A stretch of 64,000 nucleotides of DNA from an uncultured bacterium. Lineage in GTDB: Bacteria > Patescibacteriota > JAHJAL01. Shown here one piece after another: positions 19,388 to 27,905 of the stretch (position 1 is its first letter; each line of letters starts with the position of its first letter). Under the pieces are notes generated by a model, which saw nothing but the letters and a program-made list of their open reading frames with translations, ran no database searches and had not been told where the DNA came from. Position numbers and translations under genes: made by a program. Location: positions 1,813-65,812 of the forward strand of contig CALKWM010000020.1 in NCBI GenBank assembly GCA_938004065.1. Direction: 5' to 3'.

Positions 19388-19544
19388 AACGTGCCGCGGC
19401 TGATCCGATCGTGGCCAAAGGCCGCCGCAGGCGAGCCGATGGACATGTCGGATAGCCGCTGTTAGACGACGTCGCGGAGCGACGGAGGATAACGGGGGCG
19501 AAGCCGCGGCACGTTAGACAACGAGCGAAGCGATGTTGGCTAAC
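19388..19544. repeat. 157-bp gene-less cassette unit, copy 3, first position after attI (attC-like site at 19384-19467)
   Basis: Identical to the other two copies. Confidence 0.92.
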
Positions 19545-19610
19545 TAGTATATATACGAAAAGTTTATCTTATAATATACTGAAAATAGTAGTGTATAAGT
19601 TTATCAAGTA
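19538..19610 (-). other. Putative attI site
   Basis: Last G|TTAGCC box before the integrase, with no hairpin partner; direct repeat AAGTTTATC at 19560-19568 and 19597-19605. Confidence 0.62.
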
Positions 19611-19653
19611 AATATTTATTATTTATCTTAATTTTACATTTTTGTAATACTGT

Positions 19654-20466
19654 ATGCAAAAATATTTGGATTTAGCCAAAAGGGAATTGGAGATTAGAAA
19701 TTATAGTTCAAAGACTGTTGCAAGTTATTTAATTTCTTTGAAGAAATATTTTGAATTCAAGAAATTTGATTTCGGTGAATTTGATGAAAACAATTTGAAA
19801 GATTATTTATCGGTGCAAATAAAGCAAAAATTATCTCCTCAAACTATCAATCTCTCATTGAACGCTATTAAATTTTTTTACTATGAGATGATGGGGATAA
19901 AAACCAAGATCAATATTCGGAGTGTGAAAAAAGAACACAAATTACCGGTGGTTTTGTCCAAGGATGAAGTCAAACAAATTATCGATGTGATAAAAAATCC
20001 TAAACACAAATTGATGATTGCGCTCTCTTATAGTGCAGGTTTACGGGTGAGTGAAGTGATAGTGTTAAAAGTTGGAGATTTGGCGCTGGAAGAATTGATT
20101 GTGCATATTAGACAAGCAAAAGGCAAAAAAGACAGAATAAGTTTATTGCCGGAAAAGTTGGTGAATGATATTCGAAATATGATTGTTGGAAAATCTTCCC
20201 ATGATTTACTTTTTGTCAGTGAAAGAGGGGGTAAATTGACAACTAGATCGGCGCAAAAGATTTTTCAAAATGCTTTGCATAAATCCGGCATTAAAAAAGA
20301 AGCGACTTTTCATAGTCTTCGCCATAGTTTCGCGACGCATTTGTTGGAAAATGGTGTTGATGTGCGTTATGTTCAGGAGCTATTGGGCCACGCCAATATT
20401 AGAACAACTCAGATATATACTCATGTTACCAATCCGGCGATTAGAAATATTAAAAGTCCCTTATGA
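19654..20466 (+). CDS. Tyrosine recombinase, short integron-integrase-like (N-terminal SAM-like domain, no I2 insertion)
   Basis: LPVVLS, YSAGLRVSE, KGKKDR, HSLRHSFATHLLE, LLGH, TTQIYTHV; 270 aa. Confidence 0.9.
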   Translation: MQKYLDLAKRELEIRNYSSKTVASYLISLKKYFEFKKFDFGEFDENNLKDYLSVQIKQKLSPQTINLSLNAIKFFYYEMMGIKTKINIRSVKKEHKLPVVLSKDEVKQIIDVIKNPKHKLMIALSYSAGLRVSEVIVLKVGDLALEELIVHIRQAKGKKDRISLLPEKLVNDIRNMIVGKSSHDLLFVSERGGKLTTRSAQKIFQNALHKSGIKKEATFHSLRHSFATHLLENGVDVRYVQELLGHANIRTTQIYTHVTNPAIRNIKSPL

Positions 20467-20583
20467 GCCAAAATACCAAGCGAAAAAAGCATAAGAAAGA
20501 ACAAGAAATTTCGATTCCAATTGCTATGTGACTGGGTTGTTAAAAAATACCCCAAATGTCGGGTGGCGGATGTGGGTGGCGGA
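20463..20583 (+). pseudogene. Truncated diverged copy of the 5' end of the methyltransferase-like gene at 21922
   Basis: First ~47 bp identical to 21920-21966, then mostly synonymous divergence (FRFQLLCDW...VADVGGG) and an abrupt end. Confidence 0.8.
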
Positions 20584-20600
20584 GTTTTTTTTAGTGTTAT

Positions 20601-21779
20601 TTATCTTATATCACCGCCCCAGATGTAGTCATCAAATTTGGGAACGTTTTTTCTGCCAATCAGATGGTATTTCTTGATGCCGGCTAAATTTGACAATTTG
20701 GATAATTTGGTTAGATCGTTTTTTGTTGGTGATTCTTTTAATTCTAGAGATACTTTTTTATCCAAGATAAAATCTATCTCATTTCCATTTTTCAATGCAT
20801 AGTAGCGGATATCACCAAAGTGCCGGATCTGATTAAAAAAGGCATTTTCAAATTTTGAACCGCTGTTATTTTCCGATAGAATATTTAATAGTCCATTGTC
20901 GCAAAAATATACTTTTTTTGCTTTTACTATTTCGCGATCAAAGTTATGTGTATGAACGGGCACACGATAAATTAAATAGGTTTTTTCGAAAAATTCCAGA
21001 TATTCTTCAACTGTGTGACGTGATAGATTGGTCAATCTAGCTAGTTTGTTATAATCAAGGCGAGTACCTACTCTTGAAGCAAGCATTTTGATTAAGCTGA
21101 AAATTTCTTTATCTTTACGAAAATCAGAAAGTGATTTGATATCGATATTTACATAAGAACTAATAATATCGTTTAATAATTCTTTTTTTAAATCTTTTTT
21201 CTTGGTTAATACAACTTCGGGAAATCCGCCGAAATTGATGAATTCTTCATAGTAGAATTTTAGTCTTTCATATTCAAATTCAGAGAAATTTTTAGCAAAA
21301 GATTTTTTCTCTTGGTGATAGATTTCTTTGAAGGTTAAAAATTCGCCAAAATCCAAGGGGAACATATCAAAAACAATCTTTCTACCGGCAAGAGATTGGG
21401 TAAAAAGATTTTTAAGATAATATGAACTGGAGCCGGTAACCAAAAATTTAATGTTATGGTGGTCGTAAAGATATTTTATAATACTAGTGATGTTTGGTAA
21501 AAACTGGATTTCGTCGATGGCCAGATAAATTTTCTTTTTTGGATCTATTCCCATCCGGGCAAGATCTAGTAAGATATTGTCATAATTTTTTTGGTCAAAA
21601 ATACCTCGGTCAGACAATTTTTCCAAATCGAAATATGCCTTATTTTCGGATTTAATTTCTGATAAAAGTTGTTTTAATATAGTAGTTTTACCGACTCGTC
21701 TAATACCAGTTATTACAATTACCTGTTTTGCACTAATGTATTTCTGAATTTTTTGGTAGATTTTTCGTGGAAATATCAT
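20601..21779 (-). CDS. AAA_14/DUF4143 family ATPase
   Basis: GIRRVGKTT, IDEIQ, VTGSS, GGFPE, KKVYFCDNG, EIDFI. Confidence 0.9.
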   Translation of the reverse strand: MIFPRKIYQKIQKYISAKQVIVITGIRRVGKTTILKQLLSEIKSENKAYFDLEKLSDRGIFDQKNYDNILLDLARMGIDPKKKIYLAIDEIQFLPNITSIIKYLYDHHNIKFLVTGSSSYYLKNLFTQSLAGRKIVFDMFPLDFGEFLTFKEIYHQEKKSFAKNFSEFEYERLKFYYEEFINFGGFPEVVLTKKKDLKKELLNDIISSYVNIDIKSLSDFRKDKEIFSLIKMLASRVGTRLDYNKLARLTNLSRHTVEEYLEFFEKTYLIYRVPVHTHNFDREIVKAKKVYFCDNGLLNILSENNSGSKFENAFFNQIRHFGDIRYYALKNGNEIDFILDKKVSLELKESPTKNDLTKLSKLSNLAGIKKYHLIGRKNVPKFDDYIWGGDIR

Positions 21780-21921
21780 ATTTTTTGTTATTATTAAAAT
21801 ATAAGTATATTGTAACTTTAGTAATACTATTTAGTCAATGGGATTGCAGGTGTTTTTTTATGATATCTTGTAGTTATTAATCGGAGTGAATATTTACAAA
21901 ATTACTAGAGGTTGATGAGTT

Positions 21922-22468
21922 ATGAGCCAAAATACCAAGCGAAAAAAGCATAAGAAAGAACAAGAAGTTTCGGTTCCAGTTACTGAGTGACTGGATTGTT
22001 TCTAAATATCCAGAATGCAAGGTAGCCGATGTGGGTGGAGGTAAAGGTTTGCTGGCGTATTTGTTGCATGAAAAAGGATGGGAGGTAACGGTAATTGATC
22101 CGGTTAAAACATTGCCATTATTGAAGTTCAAGGATTTTGCTTGTGGAAATAGGGTTAAACTGGATGAAAAAGATTGGGATAAAATTGATTGGATAGAAAA
22201 GGAGTTTGATATAGGTATGATTTCGGATTTTGATTTAATCGTGGGTTTGCATGCGCATGGGGTAAATATGAAAATAATTGAGGGATGTGCAAAGCATCAA
22301 AAGAAATTTGTACTGTTGCCTTGTTGTGTGATAGAGGAGCCGATAGAAAAGAAACCAGGGATTAACTGGTTTGATTCACTGGTAGGATATGCGAGTGGTT
22401 TGGGATTGGATGCGAAAACTGATGTGCTAAATTTCAAGGGGAAAAATATGATTTTGTATCTGGAGTAA
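21922..22468 (+). CDS. Class I SAM-methyltransferase-like protein; the ATG is out of frame with the body
   Basis: VADVGGGKG, IVGLHAH, LLPCC motifs; body frame open from 21926, ATGs at 21915 and 21922 in other frames. Confidence 0.6.
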
Positions 22469-22474
22469 ATAAAC

Positions 22475-23710
22475 TTATTTCATTTCCCCAGCCAGATACC
22501 CGGTACTCCAGGCGATTTGGAGATTGTAGCCACCGGTGGGACCGTCGATGTCGAGGATTTCTCCGGCCAGATATAGATTGTCGATAATTTTTGATTTCAT
22601 GGTTTTGGGATCAATTTCTTTTAAGTCCACTCCACCACAAGTTATCATCGCTTTGTCAAATCCCGCCAGACTGGCAAAGTTTAGTGCAAATGATTGGATG
22701 TGTTTGGTGATATTTTTTCTTTCCGGTTTGGTAATCTCTCCGGCTTTTTTGGTTTCTGCGACGGATGAAAGTTTGATGATAATCGGGATGAGTCGTTTTG
22801 GTAAAATTTTATCCAAAGTATTTTTTATTTGTGTATGGGGTGATGCGGATAGTAGTTGGATGATTTTTTTATCGAGTGATTGGTAATTTAAATTCGGAAA
22901 AAAATTGATTCTGATGGTGATTGGCTTGGAATTTATCTCATGGATTTTTTTGTTCATATTGAAAACAGCCGGTCCAGATAATCCATTGTTGGTAAAAATT
23001 GCATCGCCGAGGCAGGTAGCAATTTTTTTGGTTTGCCAGAGAGAAATTTCGACGTTTGACAGACTTAGACCCTCCAGATCTTTGACGAAATTTTCCCGGA
23101 CTATGATAGGGGAGAGCCCCGGTTTTGGTTCGATAATTTTGTGTCCCATTTCTTGAAGCCATAGATAGGCATCGCCGGTTGATCCGGTTGCAGGGTAAGC
23201 TTTGCCCCCGGTAGCAATCAGATATTTATCGGCGGTAACTATTTGATTGTCAGCAAGTATTATTTTTTCGATGTGGTTAGATTTGAAAACAATTTTTTTG
23301 ACAGTGCTTTCGAATTGTATTTTGACTCTATTTTCCGTTAGATAATTTTTCAATATTTGGATAACTTCTTGTGATTTGTTGGAAATTGGGAAAACTCGCT
23401 GATTGTTTTCGATTTTCGTTTTTAAACCATGTTTTTCAAAAAAGTTGATTAGATCCAGATTGGAGAAATTGTGGAAAGAGGGGTAGAGAAATTTGCCGTT
23501 TTTGCCATAGCTATCGATGAGTTTTCGTAGGTTGGGTTCGGCGTTGGTTAGATTGCAACGGCCGTTGCCGGTCATGGATAGTTTGATGCCGACGAGTTTG
23601 TTTTTTTCCAGCAGGATAACTTTGTGGCCAAGTTGCCCGGCATGACCGGCGGCCATCAGGCCGGCCGGGCCGGCGCCGATGATGACTATGTTGTATTGAG
23701 GTTTTTTCAT
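22475..23710 (-). CDS. HI0933/BaiN-family NAD(P)/FAD-dependent oxidoreductase
   Basis: IGAGPAG, TGNGRCNLTN, ATGGKAYP.TGSTGD, GPTGGYNLQIAWSTG. Confidence 0.95.
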   Translation of the reverse strand: MKKPQYNIVIIGAGPAGLMAAGHAGQLGHKVILLEKNKLVGIKLSMTGNGRCNLTNAEPNLRKLIDSYGKNGKFLYPSFHNFSNLDLINFFEKHGLKTKIENNQRVFPISNKSQEVIQILKNYLTENRVKIQFESTVKKIVFKSNHIEKIILADNQIVTADKYLIATGGKAYPATGSTGDAYLWLQEMGHKIIEPKPGLSPIIVRENFVKDLEGLSLSNVEISLWQTKKIATCLGDAIFTNNGLSGPAVFNMNKKIHEINSKPITIRINFFPNLNYQSLDKKIIQLLSASPHTQIKNTLDKILPKRLIPIIIKLSSVAETKKAGEITKPERKNITKHIQSFALNFASLAGFDKAMITCGGVDLKEIDPKTMKSKIIDNLYLAGEILDIDGPTGGYNLQIAWSTGYLAGEMK

Positions 23711-23925
23711 CCAAGGATAATGTAATTGTTTCTTATGCGAGTATACAGAAAAACTTAGTGAAAATCATTGTGTTCCAAAAAAAATTAGATCAGCAGGAGT
23801 GGATGCTATTGGAGTATTTTTGTTAGAATTATTGCAACTAAAATGGATATACTAAAAACACGTTTAAAAATGTTTTTTAGCGTGTTTCTTATTTCTTGCT
23901 TCTTTCTTCTTGCTACTTACCAAAA

Positions 23926-24013
23926 CGGAGGGGGAGGGATTCGAACCCCCGAGGAACACAAGGCCCCTAACAGTTTTCAAGACTGCCGCATTCAACCGCT
24001 CTGCCACCCCTCC
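23926..24013 (-). tRNA. tRNA-Ser(TGA)
   Basis: GGAGGGGTGGCAGAGCGG...GTCTTGAAAAC...GTTCGAATCCCTCCCCCTCCG with long variable arm. Confidence 0.96.
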
Positions 24014-24305
24014 TCACGTTGGAATCGAATCTTACCGTTCCATGTGAGCCAGACAAGCTGTCTCCCATTTCACTCAACGATTCGTTCCTCCTCTTTTCCA
24101 AAAAATATGATTGCTTCGCATCTAATTTTTTGGAAATTATGAAAAAATAAAACTTAAAAGTAAACTTTAAATTACATATTATAATTTACCTTTATCTAAG
24201 GTAAAAGTAAAGAATTAATCTAAGCTATATACCAAATTAATGTCGTTTTTGTTATGATAGGAGACAGCACAAAAAATAGTTGTGAGATATTGTTAATATA
24301 AAAAA

Positions 24306-24740
24306 ATGAATATTATTAATGAAAGAATTCATCTGGAGACAAAAGAGGCGTTTGATATGATAGACATCACTCATCATTTGACCAAGTTTGTTACAGATAA
24401 CAATTTAAAAAATGGTTTAGTAAATGTTTTTTTGGAGCATACAAGTTGCGGGTTGGTGATAAATGAATTTACGGACCCAAAATTGTTGAATGACTTTAAA
24501 AAGAAGTTATCGGAATTTAGTCCGGAAGATGCAATTTATGAACACAATGAATCTCATGCTTGTAATGGTGATGGTTGTGTAAATGGACATTCTCATTGTA
24601 ATGCGTTGTTTTTGCCGACGTCGATTGGTTGTCAAGTGGTTGATGGGAAGTTAAATTTTGGTACTTGGCAGAGGATGTTTGTAATTGAATTGGATCGAGC
24701 CAGGCCAAGAAATGTGAGCATGATGTTTGTTGGGGAATGA
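24306..24740 (+). CDS. yjbQ: YjbQ/UPF0047 family protein
   Basis: HTSCGLVINE, NGHSH, GTWQRMFVIELD. Confidence 0.9.
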   Translation: MNIINERIHLETKEAFDMIDITHHLTKFVTDNNLKNGLVNVFLEHTSCGLVINEFTDPKLLNDFKKKLSEFSPEDAIYEHNESHACNGDGCVNGHSHCNALFLPTSIGCQVVDGKLNFGTWQRMFVIELDRARPRNVSMMFVGE

Positions 24741-24797
24741 TTTATGTTATTTTAGATTAAAAAATTATTTTTAGCTATTTTTACGAAGTACGAGTAT

Positions 24798-24872
24798 CCC
24801 GCCCGCATCGCCAGCTTGCCCGCTTGTCGAGTTTCGCGAGGCAGCCAGGGCGAAGCGTGGCGGGCGAGGCAA
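24798..24872. repeat. GC-rich intergenic REP-like palindromic element
   Basis: CCCGCC...GCGAAGCGTGGCGGG nested hairpins in AT-rich intergenic DNA. Confidence 0.5.
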
Positions 24873-24967
24873 GTAGCAAGTTACAAGTGTGGAAGATATT
24901 ATAATAGAATTGGAAAAGTGATAAATTGCTTAATTGTTTGGAAATTGTAATTTGGAAATTAATCAAT

Positions 24968-25807
24968 ATGAAAAAAATATTTTGGACAATAGTGATGATT
25001 TTGTTGGTGCCACAGATGGTGTTGGCATATAGTTTTGAAGTGGATGGGGCGAAGGTGGAGTTTGATGGTAGCCAGATCAAGATGACGGATGATGAGGGGG
25101 AGGTAGTGATTGATGAAAGTGGCATCGTAGCTACGAGTGAAGAAGGTCAAGTAAAAATTGATGAAAATAGTATTTATGCTGAAAGTGATGATGGTACTTT
25201 TCAGGCAAATGATGTGGTAGTCAATGAGGACGGTAGCGTGGTTATGAATGATGTAAATATTAAGTTAAATAATGATGAAATTGATTCGATCAATATTGGA
25301 GAATTGGGAGTAGTGGTTGAGGAAGAGGGAGTAATATCGGATTTGGTTTTTAAAGAGGCAAAGGATAATGAGTTGATTTTTGAACAAGAGGGCAATGAAG
25401 TTAGGGTAAATATTGGTCTTAAAGGTATAAAGGTGAGTGACAATCTCGGTAGTGTAATAGTTTATTATGGCGAAAGCGGGATTGAAACCAGTGGTATCAA
25501 AATTGGAGATAAAAGCGGAGCGATATATTTGGAGTCTGATTTTGGACAAGTGAAGATGGGAACATTGCCTCTACAGATGGTTAGAGAAACAGTAAACAGG
25601 GGAGTAAAAATTGAAAGAGTTGAATTTCGCTGGGAATTGGCAGGAGAAAGTTTAGATTATGCAATTAATGGATTAAAAAAACAACGGGTGCTGTGGATAA
25701 TTCCGGTGTTTATTGATGAAACATATTTGTACAATGTTGAAAATGGTCAGTTGGTGCGGGTTGATAAAAATATGTGGCATTCAATATTGGATATTATCGC
25801 TTTTTAG
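24968..25807 (+). CDS. Exported hypothetical protein
   Basis: Signal peptide MKKIFWTIVMILLVPQMVLA; acidic, beta-rich. Confidence 0.75.
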   Translation: MKKIFWTIVMILLVPQMVLAYSFEVDGAKVEFDGSQIKMTDDEGEVVIDESGIVATSEEGQVKIDENSIYAESDDGTFQANDVVVNEDGSVVMNDVNIKLNNDEIDSINIGELGVVVEEEGVISDLVFKEAKDNELIFEQEGNEVRVNIGLKGIKVSDNLGSVIVYYGESGIETSGIKIGDKSGAIYLESDFGQVKMGTLPLQMVRETVNRGVKIERVEFRWELAGESLDYAINGLKKQRVLWIIPVFIDETYLYNVENGQLVRVDKNMWHSILDIIAF

Positions 25808-25873
25808 TATTGATGATAAAAATTTTTTGGTAGAATAGAGATATAAGATTATTAATATTTGAGGGAAAAAACT

Positions 25874-26245
25874 ATGGAAGATGCTTTTCCAGCAGGTTTG
25901 ACTGCCGGTTTGGGTTTGGCCAGTATGACCATACCTTTGGTTGTTGGTTTGGTGATGTATATCTATATCGGTTATTCTTTGATGGTTATGGCGCAAAAGT
26001 TGAAAATTGACGGTGGTTGGTGGGGTTTTGTGCCTATTCTAAATATTTTGTTGTTGTGTAAATTGGCGGATAAACCTTTGTGGTGGTTTTTGTTGTTTTT
26101 AATACCGCTGGTAAATGTGGTGATTATGGTTATTATGTGGATGAAGATTGCAGAAAGAAGGGGTAAACCAAGTTGGGTAGGAATTTTGATGATTGTGCCG
26201 ATTGCACAGATTATCGTACCCGGGTATTTGGCATTTACCGAATAG
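25874..26245 (+). CDS. DUF5684-like membrane protein
   Basis: WWGFVPILN...KPLWW...LIPLVN...YLAF. Confidence 0.8.
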   Translation: MEDAFPAGLTAGLGLASMTIPLVVGLVMYIYIGYSLMVMAQKLKIDGGWWGFVPILNILLLCKLADKPLWWFLLFLIPLVNVVIMVIMWMKIAERRGKPSWVGILMIVPIAQIIVPGYLAFTE

Positions 26246-26269
26246 TTATTTTTTTTAAGAAAAAAATAT

Positions 26270-26299
26270 AAAACCGTCAGATAGTAATCTGGCGGTTTT
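26270..26299. terminator. Bidirectional intrinsic terminator
   Basis: AAAACCGTCAGAT-agta-ATCTGGCGGTTTT between convergent genes. Confidence 0.7.
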
Positions 26300-26315
26300 G
26301 TTAAAAAATAATTTA

Positions 26316-27332
26316 CTAGAATACGATCACTTTTTCAATATAGAAAGTTAGATTGACTTTGGTGTTTAGTGAATCGGTTAAATTGTAAATTATCGTTTGT
26401 TTTTGTTCTTTGGTCATTTCGATATTTTCCGGTAAGGCGATGCTTGCTTCGATATCGATCTGGTTGGAGTTAAATGAAGGTATTTCAGTTTTTATGTTTT
26501 TAATTTTGATGTCTTTCGATATGGTTGATAGATTTTCGGAAATAACATGTTCGACGGTGTTATATGATATGTTTTTAAATGAATAATTTTGTAACAGGTA
26601 GAATAATATTAATGCGATAAATACAACCAATCCGACAACTATCGATATACCTTTATTGCGTAGTTGATTTTCAATTTTTTCTTTTTTCGGACTGTCTTTG
26701 TGATTGAGTCCGATAAATAAGAAAACTATGATGGCGGCAAAGATAATGGCAATGATATTGGTTGAAAATAATATAAATGAATTGACAAATATGGAGATAT
26801 TGCCAAGTGCCAATCCGATGCCGATTACACAGAGTGGTGGCATTATCGCTACGGCGATAGCAACGCCGGCCAGGCTATCCGAAATTCGTTTTTGAGTAAT
26901 TGCAAGTGCGCCAATAATACCCGAAGTAAAGGCAATTATTAGATCAATCAATGTCGGAGAGGTGCGGGCAATAATTGCCGGGTTTATTTGTTTTATCGGA
27001 GAGACAAGAGAGATCAAATATGAACTTATAAAACCAATCAGAATGCTGATAATAAATATTTTCAGGGCGGTATATATATATTTGTTTTCACCAAAAGCGA
27101 TGCCAACCGATATCTTGAGGAGTGGCCACATCATTGGTGAGATAAGCATGCCACCTATGATAATAGGCGTAGAGTTAATCAATAGTCCCAGAGTACAAAT
27201 AATAATCGAACTTATTAGCAGTGACAGGTAGCTATAAGATAGATTGGTGTTGTTGTTGATAATTGTAAGCAGATCCGATTCTTTGATTTTTGCAAAATCG
27301 TGTTTTAGCTTAAAGTTGAATAATTTATTCAT
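26316..27332 (-). CDS. DUF389/TIGR00341 membrane protein
   Basis: IIGGMLISP, ARTSPT, LAGVAIAVAIMPPL. Confidence 0.9.
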   Translation of the reverse strand: MNKLFNFKLKHDFAKIKESDLLTIINNNTNLSYSYLSLLISSIIICTLGLLINSTPIIIGGMLISPMMWPLLKISVGIAFGENKYIYTALKIFIISILIGFISSYLISLVSPIKQINPAIIARTSPTLIDLIIAFTSGIIGALAITQKRISDSLAGVAIAVAIMPPLCVIGIGLALGNISIFVNSFILFSTNIIAIIFAAIIVFLFIGLNHKDSPKKEKIENQLRNKGISIVVGLVVFIALILFYLLQNYSFKNISYNTVEHVISENLSTISKDIKIKNIKTEIPSFNSNQIDIEASIALPENIEMTKEQKQTIIYNLTDSLNTKVNLTFYIEKVIVF

Positions 27333-27443
27333 ATTTTAAATTTTTATTGTTAATGTAAGTATAATTTATTTTGTTTGTTTGATAAATTTTTGATTAATTT
27401 GAAAAAGTGTTTTAATTTGGATATAGACACAATAGTATAAAAT

Positions 27444-27632
27444 ATGAATGCTAGATTTTGGTTAATTGCATTACTTTCAATGATGGCGATTATTGCTTTT
27501 GGGGTGATATATTCGGCAGTCAATGATCCGGGAGTTGATCGTTTGAATTTTTTCAATATTGGCTCTTCGGATACGGTCAATGAAACATTGATTGATCAGG
27601 TGCAAAACACTGCCAATGAAGTGGTAAATTAA
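27444..27632 (+). CDS. Small membrane-anchored hypothetical protein
   Basis: N-terminal TM helix; intergenic position. Confidence 0.5.
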   Translation: MNARFWLIALLSMMAIIAFGVIYSAVNDPGVDRLNFFNIGSSDTVNETLIDQVQNTANEVVN

Positions 27633-27905
27633 TATTATTTTCAAAAAAAGGGGGGATACGGATGTATTGTGTTTGTTGTGGTTATCTGGTTGATGATGGG
27701 ATTTGTACAAATTTAAAATGCAAGAAATCGGTTTACGAATCTTATCAGCTGGGAGTTAAACTATATTGTGTGGAATGTGGATATAAATTATTGGATGATG
27801 GCAAGTGCGAAAATTGTCATCTGGTCAGGGTGATATAAAAAAATTTTAGGCGACTTAGTTCGTCTATTTTATTGTATTTTTACTTGGCAGTGATAAATCA
27901 TTTTT

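Larger units (their letters stand above)
1..20466. mobile_element. Integron-like platform: integrase + attI-like site + array of >=11 cassettes (continues past the left edge)
   Basis: Divergent tyrosine recombinase; 10 palindromic sites bounded by AAC...GTT boxes; all cargo genes co-oriented away from the integrase. Confidence 0.88.

Noticed and set aside
4091-19544. 157-bp repeats as a CRISPR array
   Set aside because: Too long, irregularly spaced around whole genes, and no cas genes
19654-20466. Housekeeping XerC/XerD call
   Set aside because: The LPVVLS motif and divergent position beside attI and the cassette array fit an integron-type role better; not excluded without a phylogeny
21911-21930. 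UGA read as Gly (genetic code 25) to explain the frame anomaly
   Set aside because: Long genes in the window have no internal TGA, and several end in TGA
23843-24142. 99-aa ORF
   Set aside because: Antisense shadow of tRNA-Ser(TGA)
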